Under the pieces are notes generated by a model. That model was not told the origin of the DNA and did no database searches. It saw only the letters and a list, made by a program, of their open reading frames with translations. DNA of 64,000 nucleotides from the human T2T-CHM13v2.0 reference genome, Homo sapiens: assembly GCF_009914755.1 (NCBI RefSeq), contig NC_060934.1, one strand, 5' to 3'. Positions 45,094-61,763 of the stretch are shown here, one piece after another. Positions within the stretch are counted from its first letter, which is position 1. The number at the start of each line of letters is the position of its first letter. The position numbers and the translations under genes are program-made.

Positions 45094-45241
45094 ACAATTG
45101 ATACTGGACTTAATTCCTTCAATTTGTTACTGTAACATCAGAGATTTGTTCTAGGTCCTGATGCTCAACAATTGGTACTGGACTTAATTCCTTCAATTTG
45201 TTACTGTAACATCAGAGGTTTGTTCTAGGTCCTGATGCTCA
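45094..45241. repeat. Tandem duplication, 2 x 74 bp, spanning an LTR junction
   Basis: acaattg...gatgctca at 45094-45167 and 45168-45241, 2 mismatches. Confidence 0.95.
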
Positions 45242-45652
45242 CCACACAGAAAGCCAATCACTGAGACGATGAGTTATTACCAAGGAAAAAGGCTTTAATC
45301 CGGTGCTGCAGCCAATGAGCTGGGAACTCAGTCTCAAATCCATCTCCCTGACTGACTGAAACTAGGGGTTTATATAGCAGGGAAGAAATGTAATCGTGTG
45401 TAAGAAAACAGGAACTAAGGAAGGGCAAGGAAGCAATCAAAGTGAAAGAGGGGTCCAAGCTTCTCATTGTCAGGATGTGGTAATCTGGTGAGTTTCAGTT
45501 ATTTGATACTTTTTTTTGAGAGGCTTGAAGGTCCTTTCCTAAGGAAGGAACTCAGATAAAACAAATGTAAGCCTCAAGCTTCAATTGACCAGAAAGGTCA
45601 ATTTCTATGTTTATCCAAAACGACAGTCTATGGGACTATTGGGTTGGTTTCA
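45199..45652 (-). mobile_element. ERV1 solo LTR (MER66-like), complete
   Basis: TGAAACC...TAACA on minus strand, 4-bp TSD AATT, TATATAAA at 45376-45369, ATTAAA at 45299-45294. Confidence 0.85.
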
Positions 45653-46356
45653 AATTCAGAATAAAAGAATGAAGACAAAGAGTGCTCCTAGTGATGGCCG
45701 GACAGGTTTTTAAGCTACTTGTCCGATGTCTAGCTCTTGCTAGGTATGAATCTTTGTGTCAAAGATACAATAATTTTGTTTCTTTTCATTTAGTCATATT
45801 ATTTGCTTTAAAGTTTAGGTATTGTGTTCACATATGAACAAGAAAAAATATGCATTAACTGCAGATATTTTTGAAAAATGTCCCCAAAAACGTACTCAGA
45901 ATAAAAGAACAATCACTTAAGCATCACTATGCAGAGATTATTGTCACTGACACTTTGATATTTGTTTTCAATCTTTGTTTTATGCATATATAGATATACA
46001 CACATATACATAAATGTTTATGGGTGTCAGAAAGAGACACAAAGTGGGAGAAAGAGAAATTTATACAGCAAGAGGGTGTCGTGTGACACTTCCTGCTTTT
46101 TAACCTGCTTTTCCCACTTTAAAGCCGCACTTCGAAGATTTTCTATGGTTTTCAATATTCTTCTGTGTTATCATTTTTATTGGTGATATAGTATTGATTG
46201 TACAAATATGCCACTATGTAATTAATCTCTTATTTACCAGGTTTCCAATTTTCACTAATATTATGATTAATGTAGATTAACATTTCTGTATGTCAATTAC
46301 TATTTCCTCAAGTAATTTCCTAGTAGTGAAATTTATGGATAAAGAATATGAATTTT

Positions 46357-46701
<345 letters not shown>

Positions 46702-47899
46702 TCAGAAGAGTATACTAATTTAACTGGAAGTGCCTATCGCAACACTAGGTTTTGTCTGTCTTTTTATATTGTTTTCTAAGATGACTGGAGAAAAAGATGT
46801 ATTTTATGTCAATATATACCACTTTCATTCCTAATGACAGTGAATTTTTTCATTCCTTTTTCCCTCCCTTTTATCCTTTTGTCATTTATGTTTACTCACT
46901 TGAAATCCTCATTTGATACACAGACTGGTCATATTTTTCTCCATTTAAAATTCTGGGTATGTCTCTTTTTCTTATTGATTTGTATACATTGTTATTCTTA
47001 CTTCATAGTCTGTTTATAAGTCTGCTTATGCACACTTTCTATCTTCATCTACATTTCTGGAAAAAGACAACACAGTAGCATTCTGCACATATTATACACA
47101 CATAGACATGGGTGATCCCAAGTGCGTATTTCAAGCTCGAAGACAATTAAGAAATTAGAAACTCTAAACTGCATATTTCAGTAATTGCGTTCCCGAAATA
47201 AAGGAGCTGTAGAAAAACATTATTTCTCCTTTTTGTACTATGTCATCAATTCCCAGTCAAACCTTTCTGGTTATCCTTTTATAAATTCTAAGATGTTAAA
47301 AAATAGCTCATTGCACAAAAAACTCAAATTTGTTAAACTGCTATTTCAAAAGATTTTATACTCACATGACGTTTTTCATTTAAGCATTACACAGCGCTTT
47401 ACAAATGTTAATTAGGATATTCCAACTGGAAATTGAAACAAACCTCAAGAGAGTGAAATTAGGCATGGAGAGACATAATCATTCCTCCAAGATTATTCCA
47501 GAGCATCCTTGGCATTTCCATGGCTCACACCCAAGTACCTGGTTTCCCAGGACTGCATCTTAACCATTAGAGCACATAATAAGCAGGTCTTCGTAAGCAC
47601 GGGCTTATAGAGTAACTAACCAACATTTTAAAATTTGTCTAAAACATAAGTGAAAATGTGAAATAAATAGAAATTCTCTCTTTGACACACGTTACACTCA
47701 ATTCATAAGTGATACACTAAATGGAACCTTATGTGCCTTGTCTATAAAATATTTTAATGAATATAATAAATATTCAAAAAAATTAAAATTTTTAGAATCC
47801 TTTTTTAGGCCTTTCAAGAACAAATAGAAAAACACGACTTTTGGAAAAACATCACTTTTTTGAGAGGAAAATTTCATTCTTTGTGGGATGAGCAGATGT

Positions 47900-48560
47900 T
47901 CATCATTCAACCATTCATTTCATTTTTTTTAAAATCTAATTTAAGAAGTTTCTGCAACCAAGTGACAGTCCCTGTGCTTAAGACTTGGGATTAAATAATG
48001 AAAAAGACACTAAATGCCTTATTACAACAGATAACACCACAAAAATAACAGATCAATGAAACTACCATTGCAGAGCTATTGAAATGTACAAAATTTTACT
48101 AGAACACGGAAAAGCACTTTTTTTTCCTATTGCTGGAATAAGAGATGTAACCACAGAATACCTGACACCAAAATTAGTTCTGAAGGAAGTAAAGGTGTTT
48201 AACAGAATAAGTAGGAAAGATTCGTGACAGGGGAATCACGTATGCAAAAGCAGAGGAATGCGGGCATGCATTACATGTTTTGGTAATGGCAAGTTCCTCA
48301 GTTTGGCTAAAGTTAGGCAAAGCAGTCTACAGCCAAGTTGAAAGAGACTTACTTGCCAGGTAAAGCGATTTTGACTAAAGCAACAGAACCTATTTATTCA
48401 GGGGCATACATACAGAATCAAGATTTTTAAGCAGGGGAAGAGAAAGAGTATAGCTCATTCAGAATGATCACTTTGGAGGTAATACAGAGATTGTGTTAAA
48501 GACAAGAGAATGGGGGGCAGGAAGTTCAAGCTAAGAGGTTATTACATTGGTTCAGCTAAG
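47900..48560 (-). mobile_element. Degraded L2 fragment
   Basis: cattcaaccattcatt tail; gattttttaagcaggg-like and gatcactttgg motifs. Confidence 0.5.
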
Positions 48561-49375
48561 AGGAGTGTTTCAGAAACACACAATAACAGCGTTAGGCAAA
48601 AGAAAAATACTCTTAAATCCAGGCAGATGACCAGTTAAGCATTACCCAAAATATGTCCACCAGGATTCCAAGCATACTTTATAGCTATTTCCAGCCAAAT
48701 GTATAAGTACTGGCAATTCTGAAAATACTTTTCCAAAACACACTACTTATAAAGCTACTGCTGAGTCTGACAATCAATCCTCTTTAAGGATCTAACAGGA
48801 AGACAGAATAAACAAAACATATGTCTCCCCAATTTAACACTTGCCAACAATGTAAATGAGCACATGTGCCTTTTCAATGTTCAACAAATTCCTGAAGCCA
48901 CAGAATGTATAACTGCCACAAAGGAAACCATCAGGCTACAAAGAATGATTTCAGTGGCAGACCTTTTTTCTTTGGCAAGTAGCATAGTGAAATGCAAACA
49001 TTAGAACCCCATAGTCCACAGACTGACTCTGACCAGCACCCGAGTTCTATTTGATGTAGATAATATTGGCCCAAAGAGCACTGTTTAACAGATTTTCCAA
49101 CAATGTCCAGATGTCCTGGACATTATTCCCATATGGCCATACTCTACAACAACTCTAGAACTGCTATCCCCTATAGAGAGGTCATAAGCTTTCCAGGTTA
49201 CCACCACCCACATCATCTTTTGTTATCTTGTTAAAACTAAAAGCAGGTCTCTGTTGGCATTTCTTATTGATGTAAGGGGAAAAAAGCATACATTCTTAGC
49301 TAAAACAAAGTATTGCATCCTTCTGGCTGTTCAAACAGAACAACAAACAGATTTAGCGGGCAGAGAGCACATTAA

Positions 49376-49744
<369 letters not shown>

Positions 49745-51768
49745 TCATTGTTTCCTTTTCTTAAAATAAAGTTTCTGTATTCATAGACTCCCTAGTCACT
49801 CCATTCATCTACAATTACCTGTGTAAGTCAATAGGTATTTGAGTTGAGACTCCTGTAGGAGCTAAGATCATAAACTTAACCAGGGGTCCCCCAATTCTGC
49901 TCACTCACACGACCTTAGGAAATCACTTCTTATGTCTGATCCTTTATTTCTATAGCTATGAAATGAGGCTAACAATACACAATTCACAGAGTGGGTGTTC
50001 ATTATGATTTGATGGAGCTAACACAATGAATGTAGCATTTTCTAAGTGAAATTAAAAGTTCTAACACCATAAGAATTCAATAGTCATGTAAATTTGGGGG
50101 ATACCAGAATGCAGAAAATAAAACAGGTTCCTTTGGTTTATTAAAGTCTTTGGAAAGTGCATCCTACAGCAAGAAGAGTCGAAGATAATTTGTCAAATGT
50201 ATTCAAAGATATAATCTAGTTGTTTTTTTTTGTTTGTTTTTTGTTTTTTGCCCAGGAAGCTTCTAGAGAACTAAGGTTCTGAGAAACATACTTTGGGATA
50301 CTAGTGATTGGTTAGTATCCCTTTTTGGTACATAGTAGATACTTAACAGTTATCAACTCATTCTTAGAACTGGATCTAGAATTTCTGTAAGGTTTAGATC
50401 AAATTCAGCTTTTTCAAGTTTATCTGTGAAAACAAGATGCAAAATAATAACAATAGGAACACTGAGGACTAGACCACGTGATGTGGGGTTGCTGGCTAAA
50501 AGAGGGGTAAGAAGCTCTGGCTATAATGATCCTTTCTGTTTCGGGAGATGATCAAATCCATAACATTCTGAGCCATTGAAATAATGGGTGTTCGTGTGAT
50601 CTTTGGTATTTATAGGCATCAAGGTATTTGCTACATATTCTGAAGTTATCCAGTATAATGAAGGAAATTTGCTACAACTCTAGAATTAAGAAAGAGATTG
50701 AATGGGAACATTCTGTAAAGGTGGGTCAACCTCTAAGAGACAGCAGGGGGAGGCAGTGTGCCGTGGAATGAGATACGGGGTCCATCTCTGCCACTGTCTA
50801 GTTCTAAGACGCTGGGAGAAAACCAACTAACATCTGTGAGCCCAAATTTCATCATGGTCAAATGCTGAGTTAGAAGAGAAAGTTTCTAGTGATCTTCCAG
50901 TTCAAACATCATGTGGTTTTTCTGGGGTGAGAGATGCATGCTAGTGAGGTTATGAACAAATCAAATTTTAGTGAATCAAATCTTATATACCTATAAATTG
51001 ATATTACATTTTCCAAAAATGCCATTTCTCACCATTAATTGATCTTCCTGTGGCACTGGATCTTAGCATTTTAGTCTTAAGTTTTGCCCTTATTTAGCAA
51101 AACATACAAGGACTGCCTGCTATTTTTTAAAATGTCTGCACTGCTTCTTTGTGTAAAGTGAAGAATTTCTACATTTACATGTTGACAGTTCAGATTTTCT
51201 AAAATCAAGGTAAACCTAGGGTGCCAAGGACACAGCAGACATTAAGTCTGTGCTAAATGGAAGCTTTAAATTATAGAAACTTCAGCATGTTTCTAAATCT
51301 AAGATCAGAAATTTTCAAGAAGATGTAGATCTTCTTGACATACAATGTTTCTCACCAGTCCCTTTATCAAATTTGTTTTTTTCCCTGAAGGAAAATTCTT
51401 CCACTGCTGCATTATACTCATAAGTCCCATCCCGGCAAGACTCAATTGCCAATGATACTTATAAGATTATATTTACTTCTTTGAGCTAAAATGTAAAGGT
51501 CATTTTCTGTATTAAAGCTCAGCCTTTAGGCTAAATATCTTTCTTCTCTTTTCCTGGGAAAGAGTGAGAGAGACAAAGATTGACAGGGACAGGGACAGTT
51601 GGGGGTGGGGAGAAAGAGAGCGAGCAGAGTTTGGGAACTAGAAACTTTTACTAATGGATCTGAAATTGGTTCCCTGGATCCTAACCAAATTTAATTTGTC
51701 TAATCCATAGTTTAACTAGAGTTTCCACTCAAACCAAAAGTAAATCTTACCTAGAAAATAATGTACCT

Positions 51769-52115
<347 letters not shown>

Positions 52116-53236
52116 TTATCTTTCATCTTTATTCTAAGAGATTCAGTAAGATTCTTTACTGGGAAAAACACTGTCATTTTGCTCTGGCTCTTTTTATCTG
52201 CATCAAAGTGTTTCAAAAACCTCTGAGCATTTTGGAATTCCTAGACAATGGCATTTAACTCAAATATACAATTTTTTTTTTCAAATATATCATTTGCCTA
52301 AATTTCTCTAAGACTGAAAAGTAAACTACATGATGTTGTTAACTCTTGGAAATCCTGACCCCAACATCTATACTTAGGTGATTTTCATGAAAACCACACA
52401 GATTTTCTTCTAAACTCTGAATACAATCCTTTTCCAATTTAGTCTCTTGCTGAGGAGTTGCTTTTTTTTTTAGCAGTGCCAGAATACATGAAAAACAGAG
52501 GGTAGAAACAACCAACCAGGTGCATTCATGAATTTTTAAACCAGGTCTGCTGAAAAACATGCAAAACAAAACCTCTCCAAGCACGCTTGGGGTAAAACAT
52601 CAATCTGAATATTATTCAGTATCATCTCCATGTCTATACCAGCCCCAGCAGATGGCCAATTTGCTTTTACCACCTTCAGTCCATGCAGCCAGATGCTCCC
52701 AGATGATGGCTTTTTCAGACTGCATCTCTGATTGTGCAGTCCAGGTACCCAGGGAGCAGGGCAACCCCAGAGTGGCACACAGATGTAAAAAGTAAAAATA
52801 ACCACATAATCCTCTAAAATGTTTTTAAAACTAACCGTAGGCAGAGATGGGCTAAGATATAAAGCAATCTGACACAGAAAGTTTACCGGAACTTTCCTTG
52901 AAATATGAGGTACCATTTCTTATGGGTACTGATATGGTTTGGCTGTGTCCCCACCCAAATCTCATCTTGAATTCCCATGTACTGTGGGAGGTACCTGGTG
53001 GAAGGTAATTGAATCCTGGGGGGCAGATCTTCTCCATGCTGTTCTTGTGATAGCGAATAAGTCTCACGAGATCTGATGGCTTTATAAGGCAGAGTTTCCC
53101 TTCATAAGCTCTGTTCTCTTGTCTGCATCCATGGGAGAAATGCCTTTCACCTTCTGCCATGATTGTGAGTCCTCCCCAGCCCCGTGCAACTTTAAGTCCA
53201 TTAAACCTCTTTCTTTTGTAAATTGCCCAGTCTTGT

Positions 53237-53768
53237 CTTTTTTTTATACTTTAAGTTCTATGGTACATGTGCACAACGTGCAGGTTTGTTACATATGTAT
53301 ACATGTGTCATGTTGGTGTGCTGCACCTATTAACTTGTCATTTACATTAGGTATACCTCCTAATGCTATCCTTCCTCCCTCCCCCCACCCACGACAGGCC
53401 CTGGTGTGTGATGTTCCCCTTCCTGTGTCCAAGTGTTCTCATTGTTCAATTCCCACCTATGAATGAGAACATGCAGTGTTTGGTTTTTTGTCCTTGCGAT
53501 AGTTTGCTGAGAATGATGGTTTCCAGCTTCACCCATGTCCCTACAAAGGATGTGATCTCACTCTTTTTTGTGGCTGCATAGTATTCCATGGTGTATATGT
53601 GCCACATTTTCTTAATCCAGTCTATCATTGTTGGACATTTGGGTTGGTTCCAAGTCTTTGCTATTGTGAATAGTGCCGCAATAAACATACGTATGCATGT
53701 GTCTTTACAGCAGCATGATTTATAATGCTTTGGGTATATACCCAGTAATGGGATGGCTGGGTCAAATG
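53237..53768 (-). mobile_element. L1PA (about PA4/5) 3' end: ORF2 tail and 3' UTR, non-inverted part
   Basis: T tract then tatactttaagttct..gtacatgtgcacaacgtgcagg; minus ORF contains [12 protein letters not shown]...MFIAALFTIAKTWNQPKCP. Confidence 0.95.
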
Positions 53769-54801
53769 CCATCTCCATCAAGCTACCAATGACTTTTTTC
53801 ACTGAATTGGAAAAAACTACTTTGAAGTTCATATGGAACCATAAAAGAGCCCGCATTGCCAAGACAATCCTAAGCCAAAAGAACAAAGCTGGAGGCATCA
53901 CACTACCTGACTTCAAACTATACTACAAAGCTACAGTAACCAAAACAGCATGGTACTGGTACCAAAACAGAGATATAGATCAACGGAACAGAACAGAGCC
54001 CTCAGAAATAATGCCACACATCCACAACCATCTGATCTTTGACAAACCTGACAAAAACAAGAAATGGGGAAAGGATTTCCTATTTAATAAATGGTGCTGG
54101 GAAAACTGGCTAGCCATATGTAGAAAGCTGAAACTGGATCCCTTCCTTACACCTTATACAAAAATTAATTCAAGATGGATTAGAGACTTAAATGTCAGAC
54201 CTAAAACCATAAAAACCCTAGAAGAAAACCTAGGCAATACCATTCAGGACCTAGGCATGGGCAAGCACTTCATGTCTAAAACACCAAAAGCAATGGCAAC
54301 AAAAGCCAAAACTGACAAATGGGATCTAATTAAACTAACGAGCTTCTGCACAGCCAAAGAAACTACCATCAGAGTGAACAGGCAACCTACAGAATGGAAG
54401 AAAATTTTTGCAATCTACTCATCTGACAGAGGGCTAATATCCAGAATCTACAAAGAACTCAAACAAACTTACAAGAAGAAAACAAACAACCCCATCAAAA
54501 AGTGGGCAAAGGATATGAACAGACAATTCTCAAAAAAAGACATTTATGCAGCCAACAGACACATGAAAAAATGCTCATCATCACTGGCCATCAGAGAAAC
54601 GCAGATCAAAACCACAATGAGTAACCGTCTCACACCAGTTAGAATGGTGATCATTAAAAAGTCAGGAAACAACACGTGCTGGAGAGGAAGTGGAGAAATA
54701 GGAACACTTTTCCACTGTTGGTGGGACTGTAAACTAGTTCAACCATTGTGGAAGACAGTGTGGCGATTCCTCAAGGATCTAGAACTAGAAATACCATTTG
54801 A
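53765..54801 (+). mobile_element. L1PA ORF2 segment, inverted part of a twin-primed insertion
   Basis: About 345 open codons [12 protein letters not shown]...[29 protein letters not shown], the ORF2p region C-terminal to RT. Confidence 0.95.
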
Positions 54802-55451
54802 GTATGTCTTTATCAGCAGCATGAAAATAGACTAACACAGGTCCTAAAAGGGGAATTGCCTTCTGTCACTTTATTCTTCAAGTTCCTGCAAGAAGCCTAG
54901 GATGTCTAGATTCAGAAGTGACTGAAAGCAGAACTATTATATGCATTGCCACAAATGTAACATTTGGTTATAGAGATCAAGCAGGACCTATTACAGGGAG
55001 TCAGAATTGTCTGCCTGCCCTATTTTTCTACAACTTAGACCAGGCTCTTGATTTTGATGCACTGCTACAGCTGGATATGTTGTCTCATTTGTAATTGACC
55101 TATAGAGGGTGATACCTTCTAACACTAGCTCTAACCTCTCAAGCAAAAAATAATAATAATCTATTAATAAATAATTAAATGTACCAGTAGGACTCACCCA
55201 CCAAGGAAAGTAATTGGTCATGTCCATGAATCATTTTGAAAAATAAAAAAGTATATGCTAAGTGATACTTACATAAAACCTCCATATGACTGTAAGACTT
55301 CCTAAAGGTTGATATCTCTGTTTAACAGAACATTTCTAGGATTGTGTACAATACCATACACAAGGGATTTCTGTGTCTGTGTGTTATAGTTCACCAACAT
55401 ACCATCAACAGCAGAGATTGAGGGGCCAAAAGATACATAGGTTCTAGGTGA

Positions 55452-55781
<330 letters not shown>

Positions 55782-55839
55782 AGTTCCAGGTGAATCTTAA
55801 AAAGAAACAGAGGGTCTCCTAGGCCTTCAGTGGGCTGGA

Positions 55840-56050
55840 TTAGGTGACCTTCCTCAGTCCTTCAAAAGCACCCTGGGATTAATGCTATCCCCAGATCAAT
55901 TCTACTTTGTCGTTATTTCCTTATTTGTGTATCTCCTTTTCCAGACTGGAATATCAATACCACACACTGGAACCTTTCATCGTCTTTAGTTCACTATCTC
56001 TAGGGCCTCTACATAGTAAGTTGTTAATCAATGTCTGATGATTGAATGGA
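55840..56050 (+). mobile_element. L2 3' fragment
   Basis: gttcactatctctagggcct...acatagtaag...gattgaatg. Confidence 0.55.
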
Positions 56051-56465
56051 CAAACAAAATATTTTCTTAATTTTATAATATGTATTTAGAAATTAGCTCA
56101 TTAAATATTTATATGAACACCTAATTTTCACATACTATCATATTAAATATGTGCTATTCATAATTTTAAGGAAAGCAGGAAGGACAAGAGAATAAACAGA
56201 AAGAAGAAAATAGGAAAGGAATAAAGGCAAGAGAAGGAAGGATAAAGTTTCTAAATAGTATGGTTTGGGGAATTAAGAAAAATTTCTAAATGTGCTTTAT
56301 ATATTAACCATAATTGGTCTATTTTTTTTACTAATTTATAAAACATCACAGTAATAGCAAACATTTAATAGCCCTTACTATGTGTTAGGCTCATTTTAAG
56401 GGATTTGCATATATTAACTCATGTAAACCCACGAATTTATTGGGCAGGAACTATTAGTATAGCCA

Positions 56466-56769
56466 TTTTTTTTTTTTTTTTTTTTTTGAGACGGAGTCTC
56501 GCTCTGTCTCCCAGGCTGGAGTGCAGTGGTGGGATCTCGGCTCACTGCAAAGCTCCGCCTCCCAGGTTCACGCCATTCTCCTGCCTCAGCCTCCCGAGTA
56601 GCTGGGACTACAGGCGCTCGCCACCACGCCCAGCTAATTTTTTTGTATTTTTACTAGAGATGTGGTTTCACTGTGTTAGCCAGGACGGTCTCGATCTCCT
56701 GACCTTGTGATCTGCCCTCCTTGGCCTCCCAAAGTGCTGGGATTACAGGCGTGAGCCACCGTGCCCAGC
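56466..56769 (-). mobile_element. AluY inserted in a minus-strand MIR (about 56350-56920)
   Basis: TSD TAGTATAG; flanks ccttactatgtgttaggc and tttacagatgaatatgctgaggcac. Confidence 0.93.
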
Positions 56770-57195
56770 TAGTATAGACGACAGTTTACAGATGAATATG
56801 CTGAGGCACAAAAAAGTTTCATGACTAGTCCAAGACCACATAGATGATAAGTGGCCAAACCAGGATTGAATGTAGTTAGTTTAGCTCTAGTGTCAGCGTT
56901 TTCATCCATTATGCTATGCGGCTCCATCTCGAATTTGCAAGCATTTATTAAGTACTTTCATTCTCAAAGTTCACGCCATTTGGTCAGGCACAGGAGGGAT
57001 ATACATGTCTAAGCCACTGCTTTATATTATCAGTTCCTTTACCAAGTACATGTCATATCTTCTAAGACAGAAAGTTGCATATGGAGAGTAAAGACAGAGT
57101 CCCAAAAAGAGCATACATACTGTAGGAGTACAGAATCAGAAGAAATGTTTAAGGATGGTGTAGTCAAAGAAAGTATTATGAGAGTGATAAGGTGA

Positions 57196-57871
<676 letters not shown>

Positions 57872-59207
57872 TGACTTTACAGTATTTTTTAAAACTTCGT
57901 TAAAATGCTGGCTCAAGGCAAATTATGACAGAAAGGAAAGAACTATCCTTTAGTCAGGAATGATCTTCTCCCTTCTGATTAGGGAGACTGGGCTACTTCT
58001 CTTTCACTTGATCACATGTGATGGCCTCAATAGTCTGTAACATATGTTGACACGACACCAACCTAGAACGCAGACCTTGGGCCCAAACCTCTGCTCACCA
58101 AACCAAAATCAGCCAGCTTGCAATATTTATAAGAAACTTAACCAATGTACCAATAAATGAAAATCGTGGTTCAAGAATGAGGGTAGTATTCTTGATGAAA
58201 CAGATTTATGGTAACAAAATTATTCATTTACATATCCATATCTTTCCAAAGAATAATATTTTGTATTACAAAAGGGACACACACTTATATGGAAAACATA
58301 CCAGGGCACTTGACCACACTTATAAGAGTATTTATTGTAAAAGGCTAGTTTTTATCAAATCATTCACCTACAGATAAACGCAGAAACTTTGATGTCTAGC
58401 ACTAGTTTTCATTCTCACAATACTTTGTACATTTGAGTGATTAGATTCTGTCCTCTTGATAGCATGGCTGAAGCTTGTTGGTCAGATTCCAATCTGTTCT
58501 GGGTACTGGTCATACTCAGTATCTTCTCTCCAACCTCTATCAGCTCTTTAGGTCTTGTTATCTCAATGATACATTTTGGTGTCTCTCCAGCTTATATATT
58601 GTTTATTGACTGATGTGAATAATGTAGGGAGGGTAGAACATTCTTTGAAGGTTATGAACAACTGATAAAAGAGTTTCTGAATGTAGTGTCTGTCAGAATT
58701 GTTACAGCCAAGGGATGCAATGAAATAGATTACTGTGCATCTTCTCCCTGGCTCCCAATCTAGGTTTGCAGCAGAGAATTTCTGGGAACCATTTCCCATT
58801 ACAGTTGATTTCTGCAAGGACATTTTTCATATCAGAATCTCTAAACATCTACTCTACAGATGACTCATGTGAACAAAAGTGACACACGACCATTTAACAA
58901 TCAGCCTATTTTACAGGTTAAATTCCAGGAGACTATGGGGCCAATTTGTGGGGATAGCATCTGAAAAAGAAAGGAATTTCCAAACCTGAGTGTTTCATTA
59001 GAAAGAGGAAGTCAGTTGGGCAAGCCACAGGTAATCTAAACAAATTGATGGGAGAGAGTGAAAAAGTACTCATAATTATTGTATCAAAGAAAATCTCTTC
59101 ATTATCAAAAATGAGGAGAGTGTGCTTGGGGACAAATATGGCTACTTGCCATATCAGCTGCAGTTTGGAAACATAATTAACAACTGTGTATGGAAATAAT
59201 TAATCTT

Positions 59208-59337
59208 GTGCTGCAGTGATCCATGATTGCATGACTGCACTCTAGACTGGTTACAGAGTGAAACTCTGTTTCCGAAGAGAAAATAAAATAAAATAAAATA
59301 AAATAAAATAAAATAAAATAAAATAAAATAAAATAAA
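59208..59337 (+). mobile_element. 5'-truncated AluJ-like fragment with (AAAAT)n tail
   Basis: gctgcagtgatccatgattgc...actgcactctag; about 11 AAAAT units from 59280. Confidence 0.85.
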
Positions 59338-60722
59338 CCTAACAAATTGAAAATCTTAACAATTTAGTTGTAAGAATAATCCTTCTACGTGGTAAACAGA
59401 AGGAAGAAACATCGCTTAACCACAACAAAAATTAAAACAAACACACACAACTTAAATTCAATCAATAAAGTAAAAAGTTTATAAATATATACCAGAACCA
59501 TTACAAAGAACAAAAACATATATACAATTCATAAAATAAAAGAAATGCCAAATGTAAGATGCTTGAAAAAGGAAGACGAGAATGTAATCTAATTTTGAAA
59601 TATTTTTCAGTAGAAGATAAGCTTCAGTTATCTAGGAAATCCACTTAAATAGACTTTTCCTAGCATGGTGCACTCACAAGTGATAGTGAAATATATGGAC
59701 CTCTTCATGAACATATATTACAGCAACCCCTGGTACAGAAGCGTACTCAGAATTAAAGCAGGTGGTCCCAAAAAGAATATCATTGTTTCTAAAGATAGAT
59801 AACCCATTACATAGGATATAAGCGCACTAAGAAAATGGTATTCATTTATATTTACTTTTGCAAACTAGCTCCTGGTTATTCAGTATTTTCAGAATGACCA
59901 TTCACTGATGCCCTAAGATTATGTGCAAACTATAAATATGAGAAAGTGAATTTCAAAACCATTTGTATCAACCTCAGAACCCAATTGTCATAACCTTTTA
60001 AGCCCTCCTGAGCACTACAGATTTATCACTCCCCAGGCCTTCCAAAGGACTTGAAAAGGTATTTTATCTCAATATACAGCAGTTAAGTTCATTCACTGTA
60101 ATCACTTGCTAATGGACATCATAGCTGCAAATTAAACTAAAATGGTGTTTAGAGATAACAAATCAATGGGTTAGATTAAAGGATATTATCAAACAAGTAG
60201 CAGAGAGTCTGATAAGGATCCTACGAAACTAACCAGGGAGATTTGAAAGGATTAACTTACTCCTTGAAGAGGTACCTCTGATGTTGTGAGGCTTGGAATC
60301 TATTACCTTTGGGGTCCCCATGCAGAAAGCCAGCAGCTGCAAACTACTACTTAGTTTTACAAAGTAAAGGTCAAGTAAAGAGAGCAGACTGCAGTAGACA
60401 TCAAAGGAACTACAATATGTTAAGTAGAAAGGACCTCATGACATTTATAGGAGATCTTAAGGTTACTATCCATTTAACTGATTTAAAAAAGATCCTATGA
60501 TGCTAAGTGCTTTATTCCCAATGCCAGGAAGATGAGACAAGTTGCCCAAGGCCACCCTGCCTGTTGACTCACTTGCCATCTATAGCTTCCAATACTAGTT
60601 CATGCCATGACAGAAATGATTTATTTGCCTATATGGTATCTGGATGTGGCATTTATTAATTTTTTCTGGATATATACATATAAATCATAATGATGCAAAG
60701 GAAATAGATTTAAAAAAAAATC

Positions 60723-61396
<674 letters not shown>

Positions 61397-61416
61397 CTAC
61401 CTACCCATGGATATAA

Positions 61417-61763
<347 letters not shown>

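Larger units (their letters stand above)
52930..54839 (+). mobile_element. THE1B-like solo LTR (52930-53236 and 54801-54839) split by an L1
   Basis: tgatatggtttggctgtgtccccacccaaatctc start; tatcagcagcatgaaaatagactaacaca end; 5-bp TSD GGTAC/GGTCC. Confidence 0.92.
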
